From a bacterium (GTDB taxonomy: Bacteria > Arandabacterota > Arandabacteria > Arandabacterales > Arandabacteraceae), in the NCBI GenBank assembly GCA_029933125.1, contig JAOZOU010000001.1:392702-456701 (forward strand): a DNA stretch of 64,000 bases. The letters are read 5' to 3'. The notes under the pieces were generated by a model. The model did no database searches. It saw only the letters and a program-made list of their open reading frames with translations, and had not been told where the DNA came from. Position numbers and translations under genes: made by a program. Within the stretch, counting starts at the first letter, position 1. Each line of letters starts with the position of its first letter. Below, piece by piece: positions 9,548 to 19,556 of the stretch.

Positions 9548-10312
9548 CTAAGCGAATCCTGTAACAGTTGACTGAACAACGAGACGCCAACCATCAACGA
9601 GGACGAAAAGCAATATCTTTAGAGGAAGTGAAATCATTACGGGCGGAACCATCATCATACCCATTGACATGAGTACACTAGCCACAGCCATGTCTATTAC
9701 CATGAATGGAAGAAAGAGGAAGAAACCGATCTGAAAAGCTGTCTTGAGCTCACTGGTTATGAAGGCGGGGATAAGAACATAAGTCGGGATGCCGGACCTA
9801 TTCTCAGGTTGGGGAAGATTCGCCATCTGAACAAACAAAGCAAGATCCTTCTCACGAACGTGCTTGAACATGAATTCGCGGATAGGCTGGATGGATCTTG
9901 CAAGAGCTTCCTGCTCAGTTATCTCACCATGGGTCAGGGGCTGGATGGCATTGGTATTGATATCCGTCCAGACTGGCATCATAACGAAATATGTAAGAAA
10001 GAGAGCAAGCCCAACGAGAAGCTGGCTTGGTGGCATCTGATGTGTACCAAGAGCATGTTTGAGGAAAGAAAGCACCACAACTATCCTTGTAAATGAGGTG
10101 ACCATCACCATAATCGCGGGCGCGAGCGACAGGATTGTGAGGAAGAATATGATTCTTATTGGCAGAGATATCTTGCTAGCGCTGTCACCAAGATCGACAC
10201 TAATGGTCGGGGTTGCGGCAGAGGCTGAAGCAGATGAGATCACTAGCAAGAGTCCTATGGCAACCAGCACTGTCGCTGGGAAATTTCCTCTTAAGATCTT
10301 CGCCGTCCTCAT
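9548..10312 (-). CDS. fliP: Flagellar export apparatus protein FliP.
   Basis: It has a signal peptide and the conserved core IRIIFFLTILSLAPAIMVMVTSFTRIVVVLSFLKHALGT. Confidence 0.9.
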   Translation of the reverse strand: MRTAKILRGNFPATVLVAIGLLLVISSASASAATPTISVDLGDSASKISLPIRIIFFLTILSLAPAIMVMVTSFTRIVVVLSFLKHALGTHQMPPSQLLVGLALFLTYFVMMPVWTDINTNAIQPLTHGEITEQEALARSIQPIREFMFKHVREKDLALFVQMANLPQPENRSGIPTYVLIPAFITSELKTAFQIGFFLFLPFMVIDMAVASVLMSMGMMMVPPVMISLPLKILLFVLVDGWRLVVQSTVTGFA

Positions 10313-10315
10313 CGT

Positions 10316-10816
10316 TTAGCCCCTATCAGCAAATCCCAGAGCTCCAAGAAGACTCCTCTTGAAGGATCTTTCATCCCTCTGTGCCTTCCTTATTCCCTCG
10401 AGATCCTGTTCCGAGAGATCTGCAAGGTGGCTTATTTGTGAATCAGTAACCCCGACAACCATGGTTCTGTTTGCGACCTTAAGGATGTAAATCGCCTTCT
10501 TGGGCGCTATGTGCTGCTTATGAAGCACACTTATTGCCCCATCCACCAGCCTGCCTGCCCCGGTCTTGCCAGAAAGGCGCTTCAACGCATAGACACCGCC
10601 GTAGAGGAGTGCTACCAGGAAAGCAAGCGAAAGAATCACCTTGGCAATCATTCCTCCTGTAGCTGTGCCCGGGGTTGCGAGACCTTGCATTTCTGAACCT
10701 GGGTCGGCTCTCAAAGCCTTACCTCCGAATTGGCCTGCCACAAGCACAAGCACTACAACAAAGGCAAGCAGTAGCAATCTCTTGTGTTTCATGACTCCGG
10801 AGAAGACCTTCTTCAT
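10316..10816 (-). CDS. fliO: Flagellar protein FliO/FliZ.
   Basis: It is a single-pass membrane protein lying between fliN and fliP, which is the FliO position. Confidence 0.6.
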   Translation of the reverse strand: MKKVFSGVMKHKRLLLLAFVVVLVLVAGQFGGKALRADPGSEMQGLATPGTATGGMIAKVILSLAFLVALLYGGVYALKRLSGKTGAGRLVDGAISVLHKQHIAPKKAIYILKVANRTMVVGVTDSQISHLADLSEQDLEGIRKAQRDERSFKRSLLGALGFADRG

Positions 10817-11241
10817 TGCTTGCCACCTTCGATGGGATTGATGAGATCGGTGATCCTTACACCAAACCTTCCATTGACAACGACAACCTCACCTTTACCA
10901 AGAAGCCTGCCACCTACGATTATGTCCACGGGTTCATTCGTCGATCGCTCGAGCTGGATCACGGCACCTTCGCCAAGGTTGATTACTTCCTTGATCAGCA
11001 TCGTTGTGCGTCCGAGCTCAACCGTGACAGGCAAACTCACATCCATGAGCAAGCCCATGCTTCCCGAAACCGCTCTTGTCTTGTCTTCAGTTACAGGTTG
11101 AAATTCAGCTTTTTTGACTTCACTCGATTCATCAAGGGTTGCCTTTCCTCCATCCTGGGAGGTACTTTCCTGTGTGAGGCTGGTCTCCACATTCTCAGTT
11201 GGTTCTGCGGTCGCCTGTGCATTTTGATTCTCAGCCGACAT
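10813..11241 (-). CDS. fliN: Flagellar motor switch protein FliN.
   Basis: The C-terminal SpoA domain is present (LLMDVSLPVTVELGRTTMLIKEVINLGEGAVIQLERSTNEPVDIIVGGRLLGKGEVVVV). Confidence 0.85.
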   Translation of the reverse strand: MSAENQNAQATAEPTENVETSLTQESTSQDGGKATLDESSEVKKAEFQPVTEDKTRAVSGSMGLLMDVSLPVTVELGRTTMLIKEVINLGEGAVIQLERSTNEPVDIIVGGRLLGKGEVVVVNGRFGVRITDLINPIEGGKQ

Positions 11242-12166
11242 TCCCCATTCCTCCTTCTACAGGTCGTGTGATTTTTACCGCAATTCTTCCACCAAGATTG
11301 CCTGGCCTGCCAAGGTAGAGGCAGGTGCCACCAATTGCAATTTCGACTTCGTCATTGACATGGTTATCCAAGAGGAGTACGTCACCTGGTTCGAGGCTCA
11401 GAAGGTGTTTTAGACCAATAAGCGATGGAGACAAACGAGCGCTAACAGTCAGAGGTACATCCTTTAGAAAAGCCTCCATCCTTGCACGGTTGCCACCGCG
11501 CTTCCTCGTTGGCTGCGTCTTTGCAAGGGCCTTGATCACTGGTTCGAACATCAAATAGGGATAGACGATCTTGAGAGAACCACTGAGCTCGGTAAGCCTC
11601 ATGCTAAGTGAAACGCTTATGGCTGTATCATTCAGCCCTAAAGATGGTATGAACTCTGGTGTTGAAACATAGTCACCAGGTATGAAATCGAGATTTTTAT
11701 AGCTCTTCCACGCCTCCCCAGCACTTTTCACCACCTGATCAACAAATCTCGCAAGGAGTCGCTGTTCAATTGATGTGAGCTCTCTTGCCTCATCAATGGG
11801 TTTGCCTTTTCCCCCCAGAAGCCTGTCAACAATTGCAAAGGCAAATCCTATGTCGATATTGAGAATGCCAAATCCTTCAAGGGGTGATGCTGTAAATGTG
11901 TAGACGACACAAGGAGATGGGATTTCGCTTAGTACTGCTTCCCAGGATGATTCACCAATCTCAGATATTGTAACTTCCACGTATTCCCGTAGGAGTCCTG
12001 CAAGGACGACACTTAGTTTGCGGGCAAAGTCTCCATGGGAACGCTCAATCAGTCTGATCTGATGTTCAGCCAGGCGCTTCGCTGAGCCAAAATCCCAAAC
12101 GTCAACTCTGGTATCTTGCCCAGGGGCACCTGGGTCTACGGCTTTATCACTCATGCCGACCCCCAC
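11231..12166 (-). CDS. fliM: Flagellar motor switch protein FliM.
   Basis: The 311-aa product has the CheC-like middle domain and a C-terminal SpoA domain, with conserved LSEIPSPCVVYTF. Confidence 0.9.
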   Translation of the reverse strand: MGVGMSDKAVDPGAPGQDTRVDVWDFGSAKRLAEHQIRLIERSHGDFARKLSVVLAGLLREYVEVTISEIGESSWEAVLSEIPSPCVVYTFTASPLEGFGILNIDIGFAFAIVDRLLGGKGKPIDEARELTSIEQRLLARFVDQVVKSAGEAWKSYKNLDFIPGDYVSTPEFIPSLGLNDTAISVSLSMRLTELSGSLKIVYPYLMFEPVIKALAKTQPTRKRGGNRARMEAFLKDVPLTVSARLSPSLIGLKHLLSLEPGDVLLLDNHVNDEVEIAIGGTCLYLGRPGNLGGRIAVKITRPVEGGMGNVG

Positions 12167-12184
12167 TGCTTACTTTGATCTCAA

Positions 12185-12922
12185 TTACTGCAATACGAAG
12201 TTAGCGAAATAGACCCCAGTCACATCTCCAGTTTTGAGGAGATCGTTGACTGAAGTCTCTATTTCACTCCTTATCGTCTCGCGTGTCTTGAGATCGCTCA
12301 ATTCATCTACAGTCCTTCGACCCAATATCTCTATAAGAAGATCCCTGATCTGGGGCTCTCTGCTCTGGATCTCTTCGGCAACTGCCGGATCGGCCGTTTC
12401 CAGGGCGACCGTTGTACAAAGGTAGCGCGTTCCGCTCGTAGCTGAAGGATTCACGACCACATCCTTGATGGGTGTAATGGTTCCAACGGTAGGAGGTTGA
12501 GTAGCCTCAGGAGTTTCCGCGGCAGCTGCCTCGGGCGGCTCCTCTGCTTGCCGCATTGCATTGACAACACGCGTCTCAAGCAAGCGCGGTGCAAGAGCTC
12601 TGGCCACCAGGTAGTAAGCAGCAAAGGCATCGGCAACGATGATGGCCAGAATGACCAGAGTACGAATGGCAAGAGCGAGAGTTGGTGCAAGCAACACGCG
12701 AAGTGGAACGCTTGGCTGCTCAGGCTTCTCAACCACTGCTGCAGCTTCTGGCACGTTTTCCTCAGCAGGTTCGGTGGTTGCTTCCTTTGCCTCCGGAGTC
12801 TCCTCCGGTGCTTCCTCCACCTGGACTGCTCCCTGCGCGCTTGCTTTGGCCTTCTTGAAGAACTTTAGATTCTCCTTTGACCCTTCTTCCCTTGCCTGCT
12901 CCTCGGCCATTCTGACCACCAC
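12185..12922 (-). CDS. fliL: Flagellar basal-body-associated protein FliL.
   Basis: It has a single transmembrane helix and the C-terminus DVTGVYFANFVLQ. The N-terminal segment is low-complexity and rich in E, A and P. Confidence 0.8.
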   Translation of the reverse strand: MVVRMAEEQAREEGSKENLKFFKKAKASAQGAVQVEEAPEETPEAKEATTEPAEENVPEAAAVVEKPEQPSVPLRVLLAPTLALAIRTLVILAIIVADAFAAYYLVARALAPRLLETRVVNAMRQAEEPPEAAAAETPEATQPPTVGTITPIKDVVVNPSATSGTRYLCTTVALETADPAVAEEIQSREPQIRDLLIEILGRRTVDELSDLKTRETIRSEIETSVNDLLKTGDVTGVYFANFVLQ

Positions 12923-12934
12923 CTTTCACTACGA

Positions 12935-14863
12935 CTACCTTGTCATGTTCACGAGCTCAGTGAGCATCTGATCGCTCGCGCTCAGCACCCTGGCATTTGC
13001 CTGGAAACCACGCTGAGCAACCACCATATTCACGAATTCCTCAGCAAGATCGACATTTGACATCTCGAGAGCTCCGCCCGAGATGCTCGCACTCACGATC
13101 TTGCCAGGTTCACCCCTCATAGGCAGACCCGAGTTGCTGGAGGTCACATAGAGTCCGTCACCAACCTTCTCAAGTCCTGCCGGATTATTGAACTTCGCAA
13201 GGATGATCTGAGCTATTGGCTTCGAGACTCCGTTGGAGAAGAAACCCGTAATTATACCACCGGAGTCGATCGAGATAGACGTCAGAGCACCCATACCGTA
13301 GCCATCTTGGCCCTTAGCTGTTGTGCTGAAGGGGGATGAGAACTGGGTGATGCCATCAAAGCTGCCTGGGGTACCCGCATCAAACACTACTGACATCTCA
13401 TCAGCTCCATTTGCCGGACTGAAGGTAAACGCAAGGCTACCACCGTCGTAGACGAATGAGGCAAGTGAGCCGTCCTCATTGAAGCTCACCGTACCCGATT
13501 GACCACCCTTTATCTGTTCAATTCCATCCAATGAAGCATCCCAGTACCACATGCCAGCAACTGGAGACCTGCTGAATCTCACGGTGAGGTTATGCTCCAC
13601 ACCGAGTGAATCGTAGATGCCGATCGAGGTATAGTGCTCAGTAGGAGCAGTATCAACGACCGCGGTACCAGCCTTGAGCCCATTGTTGGCATCAATCACC
13701 ACACCTCCACCACCAAGTCCCTCAATACCTGTAACAAGACCTGTGGTCTCATTGATAACCAGGGAGAGGCTAACAGCGCCCATGGGTGCTTTTCCTTCTG
13801 GTGTGAAGACGTCAGTTGCAACGAGTGTGCTGGCTGTACCGTTATCCACAACAAAGGAATTGCCAACTGCCGCACCAAATATTTGGCGCGTTATATTGCC
13901 ATCAGCAGCTACTGAAGTTGTTATGTTGTAGGTGGCACCATCTCCTGCATAGTCTCTTGTGAGGACAACCTCGCCTCCTTCGAGACTTGCAGTAACCCCC
14001 GTCACGGTGGAGTTGATGATATTGATGAGATCCGTGATGGTCGAGCTCTCATTGAGACCCGTAATCGCAATTGGATCCCCGCCATCAACGCCAATTGTGA
14101 AGTCGTTGAATTCTGTTACGCCAAGACTGCCGAGAGTTTCCGATCCATCAAGAGCTCCAGGCTTGACAAGGTTGCTTCCAGCCAGACTGCTTGCCACAGC
14201 ATTCTCACCTGTTATGGTGATCTCATGGCGTCCGCCGGCCCCATTTATTGCCGTTCCATAGACTGAGGTTATGCCTGTGGTTCCGGCAGAGACCAGGGAG
14301 GCTGTCGCAGTTGTCGCCGAAGCATCGAGGTTACAGCCAAAGGTTATCCTGGTTGTCGATTTCGCAGGTACCTTCCTTCCAAAAGGAAGTGTTATGTTCT
14401 CGATTGCAGCCCCTGGGCTTATCACCCCATTGCTGTCAGCAAGACGTCCCTGGAGAATGAGCCCTGTGGACGGGTCGATAAGGTTACCATCTGCATCGTA
14501 ACCAAATGATCCAACCCTCGTATAGTATTCCTGGTTGCCATCTGAGAGGATAAAGAAACCTTCACCATTTATGCCAAGATCTGTTGGTACACCGGTATTC
14601 TGGAGAACGCCCTGCGAGAAAATATTGTCGATGGTGCCAACGCCCATACCCAGACCAAGCTGGAGTGGACTTATCCCACCGAGGCCGTTCTGCGGACGCG
14701 ATGCACCACGAAGCGTTTGCACCAGAGTCTCACGGAAGGTTACTCTTCCTCCCTTGAAGCCTATGGAATTTATGTTGGATATGTTGTTACCCGAAACGTT
14801 AAGCGCTGTCAGATGACCCTTGAGTCCTGAAACGCTTGTGTAAAGTGAACCTAACATCTTCAC
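12935..14863 (-). CDS. flgE: Flagellar hook protein FlgE, an extended 642-aa form.
   Basis: The N-terminus is MLGSLYTSVSGLKGHLTALNVSGNNISNINSIGFK and the C-terminus is VNMVVAQRGFQANARVLSASDQMLTELVNMTR. A long Gly/Thr-rich central insertion separates them. Confidence 0.9.
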   Translation of the reverse strand: MKMLGSLYTSVSGLKGHLTALNVSGNNISNINSIGFKGGRVTFRETLVQTLRGASRPQNGLGGISPLQLGLGMGVGTIDNIFSQGVLQNTGVPTDLGINGEGFFILSDGNQEYYTRVGSFGYDADGNLIDPSTGLILQGRLADSNGVISPGAAIENITLPFGRKVPAKSTTRITFGCNLDASATTATASLVSAGTTGITSVYGTAINGAGGRHEITITGENAVASSLAGSNLVKPGALDGSETLGSLGVTEFNDFTIGVDGGDPIAITGLNESSTITDLINIINSTVTGVTASLEGGEVVLTRDYAGDGATYNITTSVAADGNITRQIFGAAVGNSFVVDNGTASTLVATDVFTPEGKAPMGAVSLSLVINETTGLVTGIEGLGGGGVVIDANNGLKAGTAVVDTAPTEHYTSIGIYDSLGVEHNLTVRFSRSPVAGMWYWDASLDGIEQIKGGQSGTVSFNEDGSLASFVYDGGSLAFTFSPANGADEMSVVFDAGTPGSFDGITQFSSPFSTTAKGQDGYGMGALTSISIDSGGIITGFFSNGVSKPIAQIILAKFNNPAGLEKVGDGLYVTSSNSGLPMRGEPGKIVSASISGGALEMSNVDLAEEFVNMVVAQRGFQANARVLSASDQMLTELVNMTR

Positions 14864-14939
14864 TTACCTCCTCTCTGGCTGCTTCTGTCATTCCACAGCC
14901 GGAGGGCCTCCTCATAAGAGGTCCAGCCCTTTGTAAACC

Positions 14940-15308
14940 TCAAGCAATGACCGTGCTGTCGATTGAGGTGAAGACACCGCCCTTGGTCTCCCCGGCTGAC
15001 ATGGCAGTGATCACTGTGCGATTCTTGACGCTTACGATCAATGCCAGCTCATCCATGAGGACCAGGGACTCATTGGCTCCTTTGCTTCGGGCAGCGTCAA
15101 CAGCTGCGCCAAGCTTCTCGAGATCCGCTCTATCGAGAGTGAGACCTCGAGCTGCCAACCTGTTCAAGGCGTGCTTGGAAAACTTGAGCCCGCTTGAACT
15201 GGCAATGCCATTGAGAACCTTGCTGAAGTCCTCACCCAGCAGACGCGGCTTTGCCTTAAGATCGCCTATGCCGCCTTGCTTAGGAAGCGGACCATGAATT
15301 CGATTCAC
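14940..15308 (-). CDS. Flagellar operon protein of the TIGR02530-like family found between flgD and flgE in Firmicutes-type operons.
   Basis: This 122-aa protein occupies the conserved slot between flgD and flgE. The family assignment is from memory of position and size, not from a strong motif. Confidence 0.5.
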   Translation of the reverse strand: MNRIHGPLPKQGGIGDLKAKPRLLGEDFSKVLNGIASSSGLKFSKHALNRLAARGLTLDRADLEKLGAAVDAARSKGANESLVLMDELALIVSVKNRTVITAMSAGETKGGVFTSIDSTVIA

Positions 15309-15320
15309 GCTATCACCTCC

Positions 15321-16013
15321 TCATCCCATTGAAGGGTTACGTAGCTCAATAATGTCCGAAATCTTGACTTCAACCCCATTGACGACGAAGACCGCTTCGC
15401 CATCAACGAACTTCACTGATGAGACCGTTCCTGTGAGAAGTGTCATGACATCGATCGCCTCTCCGTCACGATCAAAAGCCTCAACCCTCACAGTGTAATT
15501 GCCTTCTGCCCGGTCATGCCCTTCATCATCCTTTCCATCCCAGATAACCGTGTTCTCACCTGAGACCAAATCCTGGCGTTCAAATTTCCTAATCTCGGTT
15601 CCATTCTCATCCATAATGGTGACAACAACCCGGTGTGCAGGCTCATTGAGTTTGAAGTGGATCTCGGCACTTCCCGAGGAATCGAGATGGATTGTCTCAC
15701 CCACCGCCACGACCTCCTTGCCTATGAGCCCGGCGGCAGTTGTGTTGTTGAGAACTTGAGTCAGTAACAGATCAAGATCATTGTTGCGCTCAAGATTGGC
15801 GTTGATGTTTTCCAGTTGCTCAAGCGAACTGAACTGAGCAAGCTGCGCAATCATGTCCTCATTGTTGAGTGGCGAGAGAGGATCCTGATTCTCAAGCTGC
15901 ACAGTGAGCAATCTCAGAAAATCATCCTTGCCCAGCGTGCGCAACGGATCTCTTGAAGCCTGGTGAGAACTCTGGTAGAGCTGATTCACTCCATTTACGT
16001 CCAAAACCTTCAC
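15321..16013 (-). CDS. flgD: Flagellar hook capping/assembly protein FlgD.
   Basis: The conserved N-terminal motif TLGKDDFLRLLTVQLENQDPLSPL is present. The C-terminal FlgD Ig-like domain is present (NTVIWDGKDDEGHDRAEGNYTVRVEAFD). A non-ATG start is likely (GTG near 16013 after GGAAGGGGG), so the 5' end is uncertain. Confidence 0.8.
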   Translation of the reverse strand: MKVLDVNGVNQLYQSSHQASRDPLRTLGKDDFLRLLTVQLENQDPLSPLNNEDMIAQLAQFSSLEQLENINANLERNNDLDLLLTQVLNNTTAAGLIGKEVVAVGETIHLDSSGSAEIHFKLNEPAHRVVVTIMDENGTEIRKFERQDLVSGENTVIWDGKDDEGHDRAEGNYTVRVEAFDRDGEAIDVMTLLTGTVSSVKFVDGEAVFVVNGVEVKISDIIELRNPSMG

Positions 16014-16020
16014 CCCCTTC

Positions 16021-18393
16021 CTATGCCCATTTATCAAAAGTTGATGCCAAAGCCTCGACTCTTTCGATTTCCTCTTCTTCGTTAAGCACAAGATCACCAC
16101 CCATGATGTGGACATGTCCTCTGCGATCCCTGCGTTGCGAATCGTCTCGATCGCCAAGGAGCAAGAATTCAAAGTCATCAGGAATGAATCCCTGCAGCTC
16201 AAGACGCTGGTTGAGCTCCCAGCTGTGATTTACGAGAGCTTCACGAAGCTGAGTGCTGGTGACTGCAATCCTCGCTCTCACGACGTTTGAAACTACACTC
16301 ATGCGAACCCGTACAACATCTCCACTATCAGTCCTGAGCTCGAAACCAATATCATGTCTTGGCTTGCCTTTTTCGAGATGCTCAACAATTGCATTGATTA
16401 GTCTTTGATGAATCATCTGTGGTGGCCGAAGCTCATCGGTGCTGACCATCTCCACTTGATGCATGGATGAGGCTTGCATGGCATGATTGGGTTGAAACCT
16501 CACCTTGGATGGCTGCCGAAGTGTACTCTTCACCGGCGCTGTTTGCCGCGCAATCTGAGCGATCTCTCTTTCTGAAGCAGTCGCCGACCTGGGTGCCACC
16601 TTTGGAGGCCTTGGCCTGGGCATGTTATCATGCCCAAAATCGCTTGAGTCTTGCCCATCCCTCGCTAGATCCTTATATGCACCGATCGCATGACTAATCT
16701 CACCTCGCACCTGGCCTCCCTGCCCACGGTCGAAAATTGAAGGTACTGATTGCTTACCGTAGCTCAACCTTATGAGATAATCTACTGCCGCCTTTTCATT
16801 ATCGATACCTTGATCGAAAGACGCCTGGGAAGTTTGGGTTGCATCCCTTCCATGTTGGACTGCACTCTGGGATGGATTTATCTGTCTTGCTTGATCTGTA
16901 GTTGCTTCGGCCGATCCTGCTGCACGGTTAGATTGACCGAGCACCTGCCCCACCTCGTGAGGCACCTTATCCAGGCGGTGTATTCCCCGACTTACCATGC
17001 GCATTGAAACAAGTTCGAGAGAAGATTGCCTCTGAGAAGGCTCAAACCATTCAAAGGCATCCCAATTACGCATCTTCGTCCGTGAGGTGCCAAGTGCGTC
17101 AGCAGGGGTGCTCGAGCGCGGCTTATTCCTAACAGCCTCTCCTGTTTGCGATCGCGAAAGCCGGAGCCCATCCATGTTTTTCTGAGGCGAGATCCGAGTC
17201 TTGCGTTGCGTGATGATCTCAGCTATCCGCCCTGGATTGAACTTGGTTGAAACGGAGTGATCTTGCGTCTCAATCTCAGACGGTGTCTCGACGATATCGG
17301 CGACCTTGACTCCAAGAGTATGTTTTGCACTCCGAGAAACAAGATTGGCCGAAACCCCATTCCGAGATCCGTTGGAAGTCTCATCCGTAAAGGGGCTCAC
17401 GCTCAACTGGGAATCGCCAAATCCTCCATTGCCGTAGCTTCCCGCTTCTGTCTCCTCGTTGGTGACAAAGCCCATAACGTGTTTTCTCACTGCTCGTGGT
17501 GCGGCATCGACTCGGGCTGTGCTCAAGTCAAGGAGCTCGGCATCTGAGCTCAAATTACTTGATTCTTCATGCTGCCCCAGATCGGCTAGTGCTTGCTGGC
17601 CGCTAGAGATTTGGATTCGCATCATAAACTTAGGAGCCCTGTGTTCACTTGAGTCTTGCAGAGATTGACTTGAGATACTCAACTCCGAAGGTGTTGGGGA
17701 ATCAATCAAATTAGCACCGCCTCGGGAAGGGGATTCTACTTGGACGATTTCGCCTGAACTTCCATTCGGAGCCTTACAGTTGTCTGAAACTTGCCTTACG
17801 CCACCTGCGTTGGCCACGGCACTCTCAGCAGGCTCCTCCCTAGGCTTGAAGATGTGGCCCTCAACCTCAGGCACGAGTTCGATAATTGAGCCCCTTTCGG
17901 GCCGCTCAAAGCTAAATGGGCTTTCCTCCAAGACCTTCTCCCCATTTTGCTTTCCAGGTGGATATGCCTTAACTGACTGCGTGTTAACCAGAACATCACC
18001 ATCTTGGGGTGGTCCTGAGAGGCCGGCCTTGCTCTTAAGGGTTTGCTGAGAAAGAATGGGAAGCACCAATGGCAGACGGGCGGCCATATTCCTACCAGCA
18101 ACGCTACCTTTCTCTTTTACAGTCTCGCTGCTCTCGTCTGTCGCCAAGAAACTCCACCTCTGCCCGCTCCCAACCCCCAGCTTTGCCTTTGCAGCCAGAT
18201 CTGATGCGATCGTCTGCGGGTACCCCTGATTTAATGCCACCAAAGCAGTTTGAGAGCCTAGAGCACCCAAAAGGATCTCAAGGAAGCCCAATCCAGCGGC
18301 ACTTCCTCCAAGAGGAGAGGGTGCTTTGCGCTGTCCACCGAGTTTGCAATTCAGCAGACAACCGATAAGGCTTTGTGTACCCTGCGAATTCAA
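16021..18393 (-). CDS. fliK: Flagellar hook-length control protein FliK, an unusually long form of about 790 aa.
   Basis: The C-terminal FliK domain is recognisable (GFELRTDSGDVVRVRMSVVSNVVRARIAVTSTQLREALVNHSWELNQRLELQGF). Several hundred residues upstream of it are low-complexity S/G/P/Q-rich sequence. The gene lies between ylxF/flbB and flgD. Confidence 0.7.
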   Translation of the reverse strand: MNSQGTQSLIGCLLNCKLGGQRKAPSPLGGSAAGLGFLEILLGALGSQTALVALNQGYPQTIASDLAAKAKLGVGSGQRWSFLATDESSETVKEKGSVAGRNMAARLPLVLPILSQQTLKSKAGLSGPPQDGDVLVNTQSVKAYPPGKQNGEKVLEESPFSFERPERGSIIELVPEVEGHIFKPREEPAESAVANAGGVRQVSDNCKAPNGSSGEIVQVESPSRGGANLIDSPTPSELSISSQSLQDSSEHRAPKFMMRIQISSGQQALADLGQHEESSNLSSDAELLDLSTARVDAAPRAVRKHVMGFVTNEETEAGSYGNGGFGDSQLSVSPFTDETSNGSRNGVSANLVSRSAKHTLGVKVADIVETPSEIETQDHSVSTKFNPGRIAEIITQRKTRISPQKNMDGLRLSRSQTGEAVRNKPRSSTPADALGTSRTKMRNWDAFEWFEPSQRQSSLELVSMRMVSRGIHRLDKVPHEVGQVLGQSNRAAGSAEATTDQARQINPSQSAVQHGRDATQTSQASFDQGIDNEKAAVDYLIRLSYGKQSVPSIFDRGQGGQVRGEISHAIGAYKDLARDGQDSSDFGHDNMPRPRPPKVAPRSATASEREIAQIARQTAPVKSTLRQPSKVRFQPNHAMQASSMHQVEMVSTDELRPPQMIHQRLINAIVEHLEKGKPRHDIGFELRTDSGDVVRVRMSVVSNVVRARIAVTSTQLREALVNHSWELNQRLELQGFIPDDFEFLLLGDRDDSQRRDRRGHVHIMGGDLVLNEEEEIERVEALASTFDKWA

Positions 18394-18403
18394 CCTCTTC
18401 CTC

Positions 18404-19072
18404 CTAGTCAGTCAAAAGCCGACTCAGTTTGGCTGCTCTTTCAGGCTCGAGTGCGGCAAGAACTTTTGCAGCATTGCGTGGCTTCATATTGACAAGCACT
18501 TGGATGGCTTCCTCATCAGACATCTTGGTCACAATTGCAGCCACGCTTGATGCCTTCATCTGCTCATAAACCTTCGCCAGTTGCTTAAACTTGTTTGTGC
18601 GATCTATCTCCTCGCTTGCCTTCTCCTCGACCTCTTCCGTTTCGGAACCAGCTACCTGCTCCTTGGCTTTGCTCTCTTGAGACTTGGCAACCTCGGGTTG
18701 AGGCTGTGTGGTTTCTGCTTTCGAGTTCCCTGCCTCAGGTTCGGCGGTCTCTGCTGGCTGTCCAGCGGTGGTATCCTCAAGTGCAGGAGCCTCAACCTGG
18801 GATTGCCGCTCGGTAGCCTGCCTCTGTTGTGTCTCTTCCACAGGAGCTTGAGACAAGTTACCATGGGTCTGTTCAGCCTGTGCTGGTGGAGTTATAACCT
18901 TTATCCTTAAAGGCTGAGGCGGCAGAAATCCCATCACATGCATGAAGAGAATGACAAAGACAACAAAGGGAACTGCGACAAGCAGAACAGCATCAAGCGG
19001 AATCTTCGATGCCAAGCCTTGCTTCTTTCCCTCTGCCTTTTCGGCATCTTCAGGTTTGACTTCATCAGCCAT
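18404..19072 (-). CDS. FlbB/YlxF-like flagellar protein with an MgtE-N-type domain.
   Basis: It has an N-terminal transmembrane helix, an acidic linker, and a C-terminal MgtE-N-like segment (VAAIVTKMSDEEAIQVLVNMKPRNAAKVLAALEPERAAKL). It occupies the ylxF slot between fliJ and fliK. Confidence 0.65.
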   Translation of the reverse strand: MADEVKPEDAEKAEGKKQGLASKIPLDAVLLVAVPFVVFVILFMHVMGFLPPQPLRIKVITPPAQAEQTHGNLSQAPVEETQQRQATERQSQVEAPALEDTTAGQPAETAEPEAGNSKAETTQPQPEVAKSQESKAKEQVAGSETEEVEEKASEEIDRTNKFKQLAKVYEQMKASSVAAIVTKMSDEEAIQVLVNMKPRNAAKVLAALEPERAAKLSRLLTD

Positions 19073-19074
19073 GA

Positions 19075-19548
19075 TTACTTCTCCTTCTTCCGGATAGGTC
19101 CATGATTATTGCGCCTATGCACTTGAGCAGCTGTTTCATCGAGAGCTGCCTGCTCCATCTTCTTGAGCTGCTTGATATAGCGCTCCCTCATCCGCTGCTT
19201 GAGCTTCTCGAGAGTTTTCTTCTCTCTTGAGCTCTCAAGCAGAAGCTCACGCTTAACCACTACATCCTCAACCGATCGCGAAACCTCCTCCCTGTGATTG
19301 GCAATCTCATCAGCCAAACGCTCAAGATAGGCATAGAAGATAAGTTTGCGCGATATATCGAGAGCACCTGCTTCCATTTCAGTAGTGAGCATGCGCTGGC
19401 AATCATCCTTGTGTTCACAGAGATTGACAAGTCGTGCCTCCTTGCGCTTGAGATCCTCCTTGGCTCGAGCCAGCGCTGTCTTTCGTATATCCTCCTGCTG
19501 CTTTTTCAAACTCACCACCGGCTCAAGTCTGAACTTAAAAGCAGCCAT
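19075..19548 (-). CDS. fliJ: Flagellar export chaperone FliJ.
   Basis: The N-terminus is MAAFKFRLEPVVSLKK and the protein is a 157-aa coiled coil lying between fliI and ylxF. Confidence 0.75.
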   Translation of the reverse strand: MAAFKFRLEPVVSLKKQQEDIRKTALARAKEDLKRKEARLVNLCEHKDDCQRMLTTEMEAGALDISRKLIFYAYLERLADEIANHREEVSRSVEDVVVKRELLLESSREKKTLEKLKQRMRERYIKQLKKMEQAALDETAAQVHRRNNHGPIRKKEK

Positions 19549-19556
19549 ACTACCTC

